Shown here in pieces: positions 29,350-39,610 of a stretch of DNA of 64,000 bases. Source of the DNA: an uncultured Methanomicrobiales archaeon. GTDB taxonomy: Archaea; Halobacteriota; Methanomicrobia; Methanomicrobiales; Methanospirillaceae. The translations under genes were made by a program, and so were the position numbers. Each line of letters starts with the position of its first letter. Position 1 is the stretch's first letter. Under the pieces are notes generated by a model, which was not told the origin of the DNA, ran no database searches, and was given only the letters and a program-made list of their open reading frames with translations. The stretch lies in contig OY969100.1 in the NCBI GenBank assembly GCA_963697895.1, positions 1,600,001 through 1,664,000 of the forward strand, given 5' to 3'.

Positions 29350-31467
29350 TTACCGTTTTGTTGCTCCTCTTGGACGTCGTTTCATGCTTTTTTTCCGGTC
29401 CGGTTCACGGGAAACTGTGGCGCGTTTAGGTCCGATTCCTGGTTTACGTTCCCGATTTTCTTCATGATTTACGCATTCCAGTTCGGCGACGATCTCTACA
29501 GGGTTATCGAGCTGCCTGACCAGCCGCATGATCTCAAGGAGCCGTTCCACCCCGATGAAGTGTTCGGCCATTACACGGGAGAGCCGGGTGAGTTCGATGC
29601 AGTTCCCGCTCTTTTTTACGAGCCCGTGCTCGATGAGGATCGGAAGCGCGGGTTCCACAGTACCGACCATGAGCTCAACGATACGATTGATCGCCACTTC
29701 GTCACCCCGGCTCACGATCGCATGGGCGACATATTCTTCAGAGCTCTGTTCGAGATCATGCTCTGGAGCTACTTCTTCCATTTCGCCGCGGAGAAGCCGG
29801 ATGGCCATCTCCTCCTCGGTGAATGCTGATCCACGTGAATAAGACCCCCCGGGTTCTGCGAGGAGAACAACCCTCCCGAGATCATGAAAATCAGGGCGAC
29901 CTGCCCGCCCCGCCATCTGATTGAATTCCTGTACCGTAAGCCATGCAATCCCCATTGCAAGAGCATCAAATATCACCTGAGAAGCCGGGAAATCCACTCC
30001 TGCACCCAGAGCCGCGGTGGTTATCACCGCTTTCAGTCTTCCTTTCATGAAGCGGTCCTCCACTTCTCTCCGCTCCTGCGCAGTCAGACCGGCATGATAG
30101 GGAGCAAAACCCGGACCAAGGGCGTCGGCGACGGTGTGGCACCGTGCCCGGGAGTTGGTAAAGATGATCGTCTGGCCGTGGAATCCTCTGGAAGAGGTGT
30201 GTGTGTACTCCTCCAGTGCAAGCCTTTTGATCGTGGGGATTTTCTGTTTCCGTTCGACAAACATCAGGTACCGCTCCAGGGGAACCGGTCGCGAGTCATA
30301 TTTCACGAGATCAGCGTGGAGTTTCTTTGCCAGGATCTTCGGGGATCCAATGGTGGCAGAGAGATAGAGGAACTGCGCCTGCGGGGCGAGGTATTTCAGG
30401 CGGGCTATCAGTCCATCGAGTCTATGGCCCCTGTCTGCATCCTCGAGCATCTGTACCTCATCGATGACAACCGTGCCGATCTTTGAGAGGGCAGCTCCGA
30501 GCCGGATCGCATGATCGACCCCTTCATATGTCCCGACAAGGATCGGGGCATGTATATCCCGATCTCCGAATTGTCGGGTTTCAGGAAGATTGATACGACT
30601 TTTCCCGATAAGGATGCCGGCGCCGATTATCTTTCCGTACCGCTCCGAAAAACGCTGGTACTTCTGGACCGCAAGTGCGACCAGCGGAACAAGGAAGAGC
30701 ATCTGTCCTCTCCCTTCCAATATATTTTTTATCCCTGCCATCTCCCCGATGAATGTTTTTCCGCTCGCGGTCGCAGATACGACGAGGAGGTCTTTTCCAT
30801 AAAGCAGTCCGGCATCTACAGCAAGCTGCTGGGCCGGCATGAGAGTCGTGACTCCTGACGCTTCGACAAAAGCCGGATGGAGGGGCAATTCCTCAATCGC
30901 CGCCGTTTTGGTCACCGGATGAGCTTCAAGCCGGTCGAAAAGCGTCTGAGGCCGGTCTGCCTGATCGGGCTGGATGCTAGCAAGCACACGGTCAAGATCC
31001 CGCTCGCTCTTCAGGAGTTCCTCAAGGTGGCCGATGGCCTGACGTCCGACTCTTCCCATTGGGGCGATTTCCCGCCGGAGTTCACGACGGGCACATTCAT
31101 AACAGATGCGTTCTCCGGATCCGAACTTCACGGCTGATTTCTGATTCAGTGGAGTGATTCTATCATCGATCATGCACATCCTGCAGAGGGCGGAATAACC
31201 GAATGTTAGCTGGAAATCTCTTAAAAAAGATTCAAAAGCAGGTTCCGGCTTTGATAGCACGATATCTGACTTTCGAAGTGCGGCAATAAGGTCTTTTGAG
31301 GGTGTATTTTTAAACTGCCGTTTCCCGCCCCACTTCAGGCGATAATGGGTCGGACGTCCGCCCCGGGGAGTTTCTGCGAGCTCAACCACCCCGATTCCCC
31401 GGACATGGTTTTCATCAAAGAACAACAGTTTGTATGTACCCCGCTGGGGGTGGACAATCACCTTCAT
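29350..31467 (-). CDS. DEAD/DEAH-box (Ski2-like) helicase with methanogen-type N-terminal domain
   Basis: SATASGKT, DEVQ, LSAT, YHAGL, QMAGRAGRP; N-terminal CxxC...CxxC. Confidence 0.9.
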   Translation of the reverse strand: MKVIVHPQRGTYKLLFFDENHVRGIGVVELAETPRGGRPTHYRLKWGGKRQFKNTPSKDLIAALRKSDIVLSKPEPAFESFLRDFQLTFGYSALCRMCMIDDRITPLNQKSAVKFGSGERICYECARRELRREIAPMGRVGRQAIGHLEELLKSERDLDRVLASIQPDQADRPQTLFDRLEAHPVTKTAAIEELPLHPAFVEASGVTTLMPAQQLAVDAGLLYGKDLLVVSATASGKTFIGEMAGIKNILEGRGQMLFLVPLVALAVQKYQRFSERYGKIIGAGILIGKSRINLPETRQFGDRDIHAPILVGTYEGVDHAIRLGAALSKIGTVVIDEVQMLEDADRGHRLDGLIARLKYLAPQAQFLYLSATIGSPKILAKKLHADLVKYDSRPVPLERYLMFVERKQKIPTIKRLALEEYTHTSSRGFHGQTIIFTNSRARCHTVADALGPGFAPYHAGLTAQERREVEDRFMKGRLKAVITTAALGAGVDFPASQVIFDALAMGIAWLTVQEFNQMAGRAGRPDFHDLGRVVLLAEPGGSYSRGSAFTEEEMAIRLLRGEMEEVAPEHDLEQSSEEYVAHAIVSRGDEVAINRIVELMVGTVEPALPILIEHGLVKKSGNCIELTRLSRVMAEHFIGVERLLEIMRLVRQLDNPVEIVAELECVNHEENRERKPGIGPKRATVSREPDRKKSMKRRPRGATKR

Positions 31468-32274
31468 GCAGCAGTCAGGTCATGTATGGTATAGGAGAGG
31501 CCGACACCCTCCAGACGTTTGAGGAAGTCGGTAAATTCCTCATCGACGATGACGATCGCCGCTTCGATCCCGTGAAACGCCGCCTCGATTACCCCCTCAC
31601 GGGCTCCGAAGAACATATCGGGTTCTCTCTCGATTGATAGAAGGGCGATATAGGCTTCTAGCCCGATGGCCCCCACAATACCGGCATTCTGTATTACCTC
31701 GGACAAACGGTCCTTCTGAACATTTCGGGAACCCCCCCGTTGAATGCGTGGTACTTTGCAGACGGATACACTTCCCTTCGGTGTGGTCAATAATGCCGTT
31801 CAATCGAGCCACACCGACATCGGATCCAGACTCTGCGTCCATGACCACATTTCCCATTGCACTCCGGGGTTCCTTCCCTGCATAGAGGAAACCGTTTTTC
31901 ATATAGACCCCCACCACATCCCCCGTACTCAGATCTTCGGACGCAATCGCCGTCCATGTTGAGACCTGGTGGATGACGTCCCGCCGGATGTGCCGGGCGT
32001 ATGCCTCAAGGACCTCCGCGTGATTCAGCACCCATTCAATGCCGCTACGGGTGACATCATACCGGCCCCGTCCATGAGCACTCACCATGCCGTCTTCAAC
32101 TAGTTCCCTTACATACTCGGAGACTGCCTGAGGAGTTACTCCCAGTTTCAGAGCGATCTCCTGTTGACGGACAGCCGGCTGGTGTTCGGCGATCTCTACC
32201 AGGATCTGGAGACGCGTGGCCTCCCTTTTACTCCGCAAAATAGTGTACAACGGGTCCTCACGCCGATTTGTCAA
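31464..32274 (-). pseudogene. Winged-HTH transcriptional regulator with one extra base near 31770-31776
   Basis: QQEIA..LGVTPQAVSEY wHTH; after GIIDHTEG continues in +1 frame VSVCKVPRIQRGGSR...EAAFHG; span 811 nt = 3n+1. Confidence 0.75.
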
Positions 32275-32770
32275 GCAGCACCAGTCCCTGCCCCTTTACG
32301 TCGAGGTGAGGAATGCGTTTTGCGAGCCCCTTGATGCATATCGGGCTTACATTGAGCTTCCGTGCGATATCGTTGATCGATGTATTGCCTCGCCTGATCT
32401 CCTGCTCGATGCCGTCCACCAGCAGGCAGAGGGGTTCATCGTTCGAGATCGCAATATAGAGTAAGTCGGACAAATCTGAAAAGTTGCACTGAAAATTTGC
32501 CCGGAATTTGTTGTATGTCGCACGGAATTCCCGGATAGGCTTTTCTCCGGGTTCCGGCATTCTCCATTGTTCCTCTATAAGATTCCCTTTTTTCAGGATG
32601 AGGAGACAATTCTCGATACCATCTGCACTCGTGCTCTTTCGAAGCTCATCTTCCGTCATCCATGACTTATTCAACAGGTCATAGATCTGCTTGAACGTCG
32701 TATTATTGAAGGTGAGGAGCAGCGGGACGAGCTCCACCGGATCGTTAACGATGCGAATATGGCCTGTCAA
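32258..32770 (-). CDS. Conserved archaeal ArsR-like/wHTH protein
   Basis: IVNDP.ELVPLL, LKKGNLIEEQWRMP.PG.KP, FRANFQC. Confidence 0.75.
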   Translation of the reverse strand: MTGHIRIVNDPVELVPLLLTFNNTTFKQIYDLLNKSWMTEDELRKSTSADGIENCLLILKKGNLIEEQWRMPEPGEKPIREFRATYNKFRANFQCNFSDLSDLLYIAISNDEPLCLLVDGIEQEIRRGNTSINDIARKLNVSPICIKGLAKRIPHLDVKGQGLVLLDKSA

Positions 32771-32827
32771 TGGTAAAACCCTATTATTATATGGCGCTGT
32801 AAATCAATAAATTTTTGTAGGAAAACA

Positions 32828-35051
32828 ATGCTGAACCGAGGAAAAATAATCGTAAGGGGTATTGTTCAGGGGGTGGGTTTTCGGCCTTTTGTATATGCGA
32901 AGGCTGTTTATCTGGGGATCAATGGTTCGGTGAAAAACCTGGGGAGCGAGGTGGAGATCAGAGCGGAAGGCGAATGTTTCGACCAATTCGTTCAGGAGAT
33001 CTCACGGGGGCCCCCGCTCTCCGTGATAGATCAGGTGCTGGTCAGCCCCCTCCATGAGAGTCTCCCCGAAGGTTTTGTTATTCTTCCCAGCGGCCCCGGT
33101 ACCCTTTCAGGTATGATCCCCCCGGATATCGCAACCTGTGATGCCTGTATCATGGACATCATGCAGCATGACGGCCGGTACGAAAAATATTGGGCAACGT
33201 CGTGTGTGAACTGCGGGCCACGGTACAGCATCATACAGCGTCTTCCCTATGACCGGGAACGGACATCAATGGGTTCTTTTCCGATGTGTCCGGCTTGTTC
33301 TGTTGAATTCGGGGATCCAAGCAGCAGGAGACATCATGCGCAGACGATAGCATGCAGTGACTGCGGACCACGTCTCAGGCTTATAGATGCTGAGGGGAAT
33401 ACAGTTGAAAGTCATGATCCGATCAGGGAAACCGCACGCCTTCTCGACACCGGATTTATCATTGCAATCCGGGGAATTGGGGGTTTCCACATTGCATGCA
33501 TCGAAGATCGTGCCGGTGAGTTGAAAAGCCGCCTGGGGAGATCGGAGCAGCCCTTTGCGGTGATGGTCCGTCCTGAACTGGTTGAAGAGATCGCATGTGT
33601 CTCCCCGGAAGAATGGCGGACATTGTTGAGCCCCGAACGCCCTATTGTAGTGGTTTGCAAACGGGATATCGCGGCACACGGGGATGTCAGCAACCTGCAT
33701 ACGATCGGATGCATGCTCCCATACACCGGTCTCCATCACCTGCTCTTCTCCGCGCTCAGTCACCCGCTCCTCGTTATGACGAGCGCGAATATACCGGGAT
33801 ATCCAATGATAACGGATATCGATCATGCAATGGCGAAGTTGCATAGGAATGTAGACTTTTTCCTTACAAATGACCGGACGATTGTAAACCGGTGTGACGA
33901 TTCGGTTGTCCGCGATGGATATATCATCCGGCTTTCCCGTGGCTTTGCGCCGAAAAGAAAGGCAATATCGCTTGGCAATGCGTGCATCCTCGGGGTAGGT
34001 CCGGAACTGAATGCAAATGTCACGATCTACAAGGATGGGTTCTGTATCACCTCCCCCCATGTCGGTAATGTCCGCAACCCGCAGACTTTTGGTTATCTTA
34101 AAGAAACGGTCGAAAAGATCGGCGAACTCATCGCCGCACATTACGACGTTATTGCGCACGATCTCCATCCGCAATTTCTTTCGACCCGGTATGCAGCCGC
34201 TCTTGCAGAAGAAACTGGGGCTGTTCTGGTCCCCGTCCAACACCACAGGGCCCACATAGCGGCAACGACACAGAATCCGTGTATAGGAATTGCGATTGAC
34301 GGGGTCGGTTATGGAGATGACGGAACCATCTGGGGCGGTGAAGTCTTTGCCGGTGAGCAGTACGAGCGTGTCGGACATCTTGAGGTGGTTCCCATGCCCG
34401 GAGGCGACCTCGCGACACGGTTCCCGGAACGGATGCTCTACGGAATCCTCCCGCGCCCTTATATTCTCGATATTCTTGCCGAACGGGGCTGGACCGGGGT
34501 TGAGATCGGGGTGCTCGAGAAACAACTTGCCAGGGAGTTTAATATTGCACGAACCAGCAGCACCGGCCGTGTTCTCGATGCCGCCTCTGCACTCCTGGGT
34601 ATCTGTCGTGAGCGCACATATGACGGAGAACCGGCAATGAAACTGGAATCAGTGGCAGACTCTCGGGAGGCCTGATAACTGGGAACTGGAATTCCAACGA
34701 GACGGAAGAGCAGAAGTATTCTCGACCCGGGCACTCCTTGCCATAGCATGTGAACAGTTTCGGCGCCTTCCTCCAGGGGATATTTCCGGGATCCGGGATA
34801 TCGCCGCATCCTTCCAGTACAATCTTGCCCGCGGGATTGCGGGGCTCGCGATCCATGCCGCAGGTGAACAGGGCATTCGGGAGATCGCCATCAGCGGGGG
34901 TGTTGCCTATAACTGGATGATCCGGGAGACAATAGTCGATGAGATCCAGAAGAACGGATATGTCCCGGTCATGAATACGGAATATCCGCTCGGTGACGGC
35001 TGCATATCTTTCGGTCAGTGTATATTCGCATCAATGCAAAAGGATTCCTGA
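32828..35051 (+). pseudogene. hypF: Carbamoyltransferase HypF with one extra base near 34657-34658
   Basis: GIVQGVGFRPF, two zinc fingers, DLHP, QHH.AH, TSSTGR; C-terminal SGGVAYN and PLGDGCISFGQ lie in the +1 frame 34659-35051. Confidence 0.9.
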
Positions 35052-35067
35052 GGAAAAAGGTAGTTAA

Positions 35068-36546
35068 TTACCTGGCGATCGGGAGGAGGGGGCAGGGGGT
35101 AACCTGTACCTTCGGCAGGCCGCGATCCCCGGCGAGCCGTTCCCACGACTGCTGGTTGTTCACACACCCGGGGTCGGGGGCATCGAGATCCCTGTAATAT
35201 GCCCATGCCCGCGCCCGGCATCCTCCGCAGATGTATTTGTTATTGCAGGTACCGCATTCGGCCTTGAGCCTTCCCCGGTCTCTGAGTTGCAATAACACCG
35301 GTGCATTCTGCCATATATCAAGGAATGATTTCTGCCGGATGTTCCCCACGGGGATAGGGATGAACACGCAGGGTTGTACATCTCCCGCGGGTTCGATGCT
35401 GCAGTACAGCCGGCCCGCACCACAACCCCCGATAAAATCCGCAAGCATACGTGTTTTTCCTTTCATGCCCTCCCCGGCATGGAAATGGCCTATCGGGATG
35501 TCTCCCCGCTCCGAATCCTCGACCGCCACGCGGGCAAGCTGCGGTGCGGTCGAGAGAGCAACGGGGTATGTACCGGATTTATCTTTATCAAGAATAAATT
35601 TGAGGAGATCGTCGCGCTGACGAGGAGTAATATCCTTCTCTGACATTTCAACCCCTCTTCCGGTAGGGATGAAATTGAAACACATCCATCTCTTTATCCT
35701 AAGATCCTGTGCAAGGGCGTACATATCCGGGATCTGATGATAATTATCCCGGGTTATGGTGGTCGCCATACAGGTATAGATCCCGGCATCCACGCAATTG
35801 CAGATCCCTGCCACGCTCCGGTCGAATGCCCCGGGAATTCCTCTCATCCCGTCATGTGCTGCCGCATCCTTGCCGTCAATGGATATCTCGACATAGTCGA
35901 CTCCTGCCTCACGGATCCGGGTTGCCATTTCCGGGGTGATGAGCGTCCCGTTACTGGCCAGGGAGACGTACATACCACGTTTCTTCGCATGGGAAGTCAC
36001 TTCAAAGAGGTCTTTTCGCATGAGAGGCTCACCCCCGGAGAACGCGATCACCGCAACACCTGCACGTGCCAGCTCTTCTATCAGTTGCTTCGATTCTTCC
36101 GTGGTCAGCTCGTCCGGGAGGGCCTTCTGGGCATCCTGGTAGCAATGTTTGCATTTGAGGTTGCACATATGGGTGAAATCCCAGACGACCAGGAACGGGG
36201 CATTTATGATCTGGGGGCGGCTGACACCGTAGCGGGAAATCCCCCGCAACACATTCGACAGACCTCTCCGGAAGGCCGGTTCCATCAAACCTGTACGGAT
36301 TGCCGGCTCATCCAGCCCGAACATGTCCCCTGCCCGGTTAATCGTGAACCCGACAATCCCGCTCGCCATCCTGCATTTCCAGCATAGGTCCTTATCGATA
36401 CCCACATAACGATCCAGGGCATTATCCAGACGATTCCCGCAGGAGTCTTCCCCGGCAACCAATTTCAGGAGTGTGCGTGTCACAGGATTCCCCAGCCACC
36501 TTTCCACGGCAACGATCGCCGGTGTCAACGTATCGTCATCTGACAA
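35068..36546 (-). CDS. Radical SAM/SPASM enzyme with N-terminal extension (Gms-like candidate)
   Basis: CNLKCKHC, FSGGEP, CGAG..Y..I.P.GDVQPC, C..C.....CGGCRA; SD GGAGGTG + TTG. Confidence 0.88.
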   Translation of the reverse strand: MSDDDTLTPAIVAVERWLGNPVTRTLLKLVAGEDSCGNRLDNALDRYVGIDKDLCWKCRMASGIVGFTINRAGDMFGLDEPAIRTGLMEPAFRRGLSNVLRGISRYGVSRPQIINAPFLVVWDFTHMCNLKCKHCYQDAQKALPDELTTEESKQLIEELARAGVAVIAFSGGEPLMRKDLFEVTSHAKKRGMYVSLASNGTLITPEMATRIREAGVDYVEISIDGKDAAAHDGMRGIPGAFDRSVAGICNCVDAGIYTCMATTITRDNYHQIPDMYALAQDLRIKRWMCFNFIPTGRGVEMSEKDITPRQRDDLLKFILDKDKSGTYPVALSTAPQLARVAVEDSERGDIPIGHFHAGEGMKGKTRMLADFIGGCGAGRLYCSIEPAGDVQPCVFIPIPVGNIRQKSFLDIWQNAPVLLQLRDRGRLKAECGTCNNKYICGGCRARAWAYYRDLDAPDPGCVNNQQSWERLAGDRGLPKVQVTPCPLLPIAR

Positions 36547-36729
36547 AACAGACCACCTCCATCCATTCAGTTCACTCTGTTAAGCTCGCTCTTTCATCTT
36601 ATAGTTTATGGAGAAATGTACATTGGAACTGATTTCGCAGAAGAAACCCGCCGAACAGTCAATATTACAGGAAGTATCTTTGAAGGTTCAATCATGAGTT
36701 ATTATCAGGCATACCGATAGACTCATGCT

Positions 36730-37095
36730 ATGGCACGGGAGCTGACGCCAAAGGACATAGGCCTGTTACGGAAACTCGCACCCGAATGTTCAGCCCTGGT
36801 CTGCTCTGGTTCAGGGTCACCCTATCGTTCCATTCTCCCCCCGGTTGCAAATCACTATTCTCGTGATGCGGAAGATTTTCGCGAACGACTGGAACAATTG
36901 TCTCCGGAGGAGACCGGATACCTGATATCGCTCGTTCTCAATGGTGCCGAAAGCCTCGGTTGTGTGCATCCTGATTATGTGAAGATCTTTGTGGAGATCG
37001 TTGCAGAACGGGTCGGATATGAAGTGGCACTCTCAGTAATCGCCGTCTATGAAAAGAACCTCTCCTGTGATTCGGAGGGGCGTGTTCCGGAATGA
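36730..37095 (+). CDS. Conserved hypothetical protein
   Basis: 121-aa ORF with own upstream AT-rich promoter region; LAPE...C.GSG..Y.SILPP..NH, ESL.C. Confidence 0.65.
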   Translation: MARELTPKDIGLLRKLAPECSALVCSGSGSPYRSILPPVANHYSRDAEDFRERLEQLSPEETGYLISLVLNGAESLGCVHPDYVKIFVEIVAERVGYEVALSVIAVYEKNLSCDSEGRVPE

Positions 37096-37247
37096 CGACC
37101 CGGGAAGCCGGACAGCCTTAAAAAAGGCTCTCTCCTATGGCCCAATAATCAACCAAGGATTTTGGGATACGGAAAACTCAATCTAGAATGGAAGAAAGAA
37201 GGATTTCGAAATAAAGGGGGGGTTAATTTTTGGGTTTTTTAATATTT

Positions 37248-38787
37248 CTAAGCATGCGTTACGTCCTTTTGAGAGCTTTCTGTTTCTTTGGAACATGAGG
37301 CATCGGGGGACGACTTCATCTGGGGAAAGAGGATCACCTCTTTTATGGAATCCTGATCTGTCAGGAGCATGATCAACCGGTCGATCCCGAGGCCCACCCC
37401 TCCGGTCGGAGGCATGCCGTAGCCAAGTGCATTGATGAAATCATAATCGATCATCTGCGCTTCGATATCCCCACACCTGCGCTTTGTATCCTGTTCCTCG
37501 AGACGTGAGAGCTGGTCGAGCGGATCATTCAGCTCTGAAAACCCGTTCGCAATTTCCATTCCCTGCACAAACAATTCAAATCGCTCCGTGAATCCTTCCT
37601 TCGTCCGGTGTTTCTTTGCGAGAGGCGAATTTTCTATCGGGAAATCATAGATGAATACCGGCTGGACGAGCCGGTCCTCTACCAGCGCCTCGAAGAGCAG
37701 GACCAACAATTCACGCCGGTTTTTTGCTTTATCCCAGTCAGCTGCACCCCCTTTTCTTGCAATATCCCGGAGTTCGTCAACCGGCAGTCTGCCATATGTC
37801 GATTCCCGCATATTCTTTTACCGCATCCTCCATGGACAGTTTCTGCCAGGGTGGTTCGAAATTGAGCATGGTCTTACCAAAGGGGATAGAGTACGTTTGA
37901 TGGACCGAGTAAACCAGATGCGATATGATTCCCTCTGTAAGTGCCATCATGTCTTCATAATCACGATATGCCTCATAAATCTCCACCATCGAAAATTCCG
38001 GGTTGTGATGGGTATCGATATCCTCATTCCGGAAATTCCTTGCAATTTCATAAACCTTTTCGAATCCGCCGACAATGAGACGCTTCAGATAGAGTTCGGG
38101 TGCGATTCGCAGATAAAGCGTCTGCTCGAGAAAGTTATGATAGGTGGTGAAGGGTCGTGCATTCGCCCCACCATACACCGGCTGGAGTATCGGCGTCTCA
38201 AACTCCAGAAAGCCGCTTTCGCTGAGATACTTCCTTATCAGGGAGATCACCCGGCTTCTTGTCCGGAATGTCTCCCGGCTCTCCTCATTGACAATCAGGT
38301 CCACGTACCGTTGACGGTACCGTTTCTCGATATCCTTCAGCCCGTGGAACTTTTCGGGCAGAGGGCAGAGACTCTTCATCAGGAGGGTGATTCCATCCAC
38401 CCAGATAGTTAATTCCCCGAGCTTTGTCCGGAAGACATGCCCTGAAACGCCGATTATATCTCCACGCTCTATAAATTGAATGAAACGGTCAAACGCTTCA
38501 TCACCAATGTCATTTTTCCTGATGTAAAGCTGGATTTTTCCTTCTTCATCGCCGAAGTCAGCAAAGACCGTCTTCCCATGGTTCCGGACGGTATAAATCC
38601 GGCCTGCAGTGACCACCCGTTCTTCACTCTTCTCGTGACCGGCCCCGGTGAATCGGGACCGGATATCTGCTGTAGTATCTTTCCGATCGAATTTTGGCGG
38701 GTACAGAGGGATTCTCTCTTCCCGCAGCTTATCGATCTTTTCCAGCCGTGCCATGTCAAAATTGAGTCGATCGTGTGGCAGCTCCAT
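37248..38787 (-). pseudogene. lysS: Lysine--tRNA ligase class II with one extra base near 37786-37793 (gene probably functional)
   Basis: OB-fold anticodon domain, YRQRYVDL, GGANARPF, LRIAPEL, FRNE; motif 3 [16 protein letters not shown] in +1 frame; span 1540 nt = 3n+1. Confidence 0.92.
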
Positions 38788-39031
38788 GGTGCAATTCCCT
38801 TACCTACAAAGACTAACCGTGCATTTGAACCGGATCCGATTATTCCCCAAATATTATGGACCGAATGTATTCCGGCAACGTCTAACCCTGTTCAGACATA
38901 TCTTGTGATGAGATGGGCTGGATCAGACCATAATAATACCGTGTACATACACTTAATAGTTTATGGGGGCCTGAATGCGAATTTAATCCTTTGCCTGGAT
39001 ATGATTATCCGTTTCCCGCATATCGGCCGAT

Positions 39032-39403
39032 TTATCCGGTGAAGGGTCCCGGGGGTTCCCCGGACATCTTCCGCTTTATCTCGTCCAGCGCTTCCATGAT
39101 GATGGTTTTTACCGTATCCATCTCATACATCAGGGCTCTCCTGAGTGGGACGAGCGCTCGCGGGTCTCCGATAAAGCCCAGAGCCCAGGCCGCTTTCTGT
39201 CTCACCCGCCAGTCCTCATCAGATTCCAAGGCCCTGATAAGAGGTTCCACGGCACGAGGATCCCCGAGTCGGGCGAGCGATTCGGCAGCCTTCCAGCGCC
39301 TCCCAACATTTTCGTCCGTAAGCATGCCGAGGAAATACCTCAGCCGTTGTTCATTTTCCTCAGTATCCTCTGTAGATCCTCTCGAAGGTTCTTCTCCGAT
39401 CAT
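39032..39403 (-). CDS. HEAT/PBS-lyase repeat protein
   Basis: AAESLARLGDPRAVEPLI, VRQKAAWALGFIGDPRA. Confidence 0.85.
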   Translation of the reverse strand: MIGEEPSRGSTEDTEENEQRLRYFLGMLTDENVGRRWKAAESLARLGDPRAVEPLIRALESDEDWRVRQKAAWALGFIGDPRALVPLRRALMYEMDTVKTIIMEALDEIKRKMSGEPPGPFTG

Positions 39404-39610
39404 TTTCCAATATCACCTTAATATCTGAAGGATTCCCTGGACCGGATCATATCAGCTCGTACTTCTGATCGAGGCCATTTTTTGAAAGTAACCATTTAAT
39501 CCGCTTCGGATTGATGCATCTGCCTTTGCAGCTGGTAGTCCAATATATTCATACACCATATTGAAATACTTTCGAACGGTTTATTTGCACAGTATCATCG
39601 GGATGACTCC

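Noticed and set aside
32121-32128. GGCAGTCT as a sufficient ribosomal frameshift signal
   Set aside because: It occurs here on the coding strand within the conserved in-frame PQAVSEY, so the 8-mer alone cannot force a shift.
33266-34525. 419-aa antisense ORF and many similar shadow ORFs (e.g. 55926-56804, 37651-38412, 15887-16768)
   Set aside because: They lie opposite well-conserved genes and have no recognisable motifs.
34673-34678. Selenocysteine or stop readthrough at the hypF TGA
   Set aside because: It is followed by TAA, and the conserved sequence continues in a different frame.
37195-37225. ORB-like GAAATAAAGGGGGG suggesting a replication origin
   Set aside because: Single partial match with no orc1/cdc6 nearby; better explained as the lysS terminator region.
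38905-38974. C/D box sRNA (GTGATGA...CTGA)
   Set aside because: No well-spaced D'/C' boxes, and it overlaps the probable lysS promoter on the other strand.
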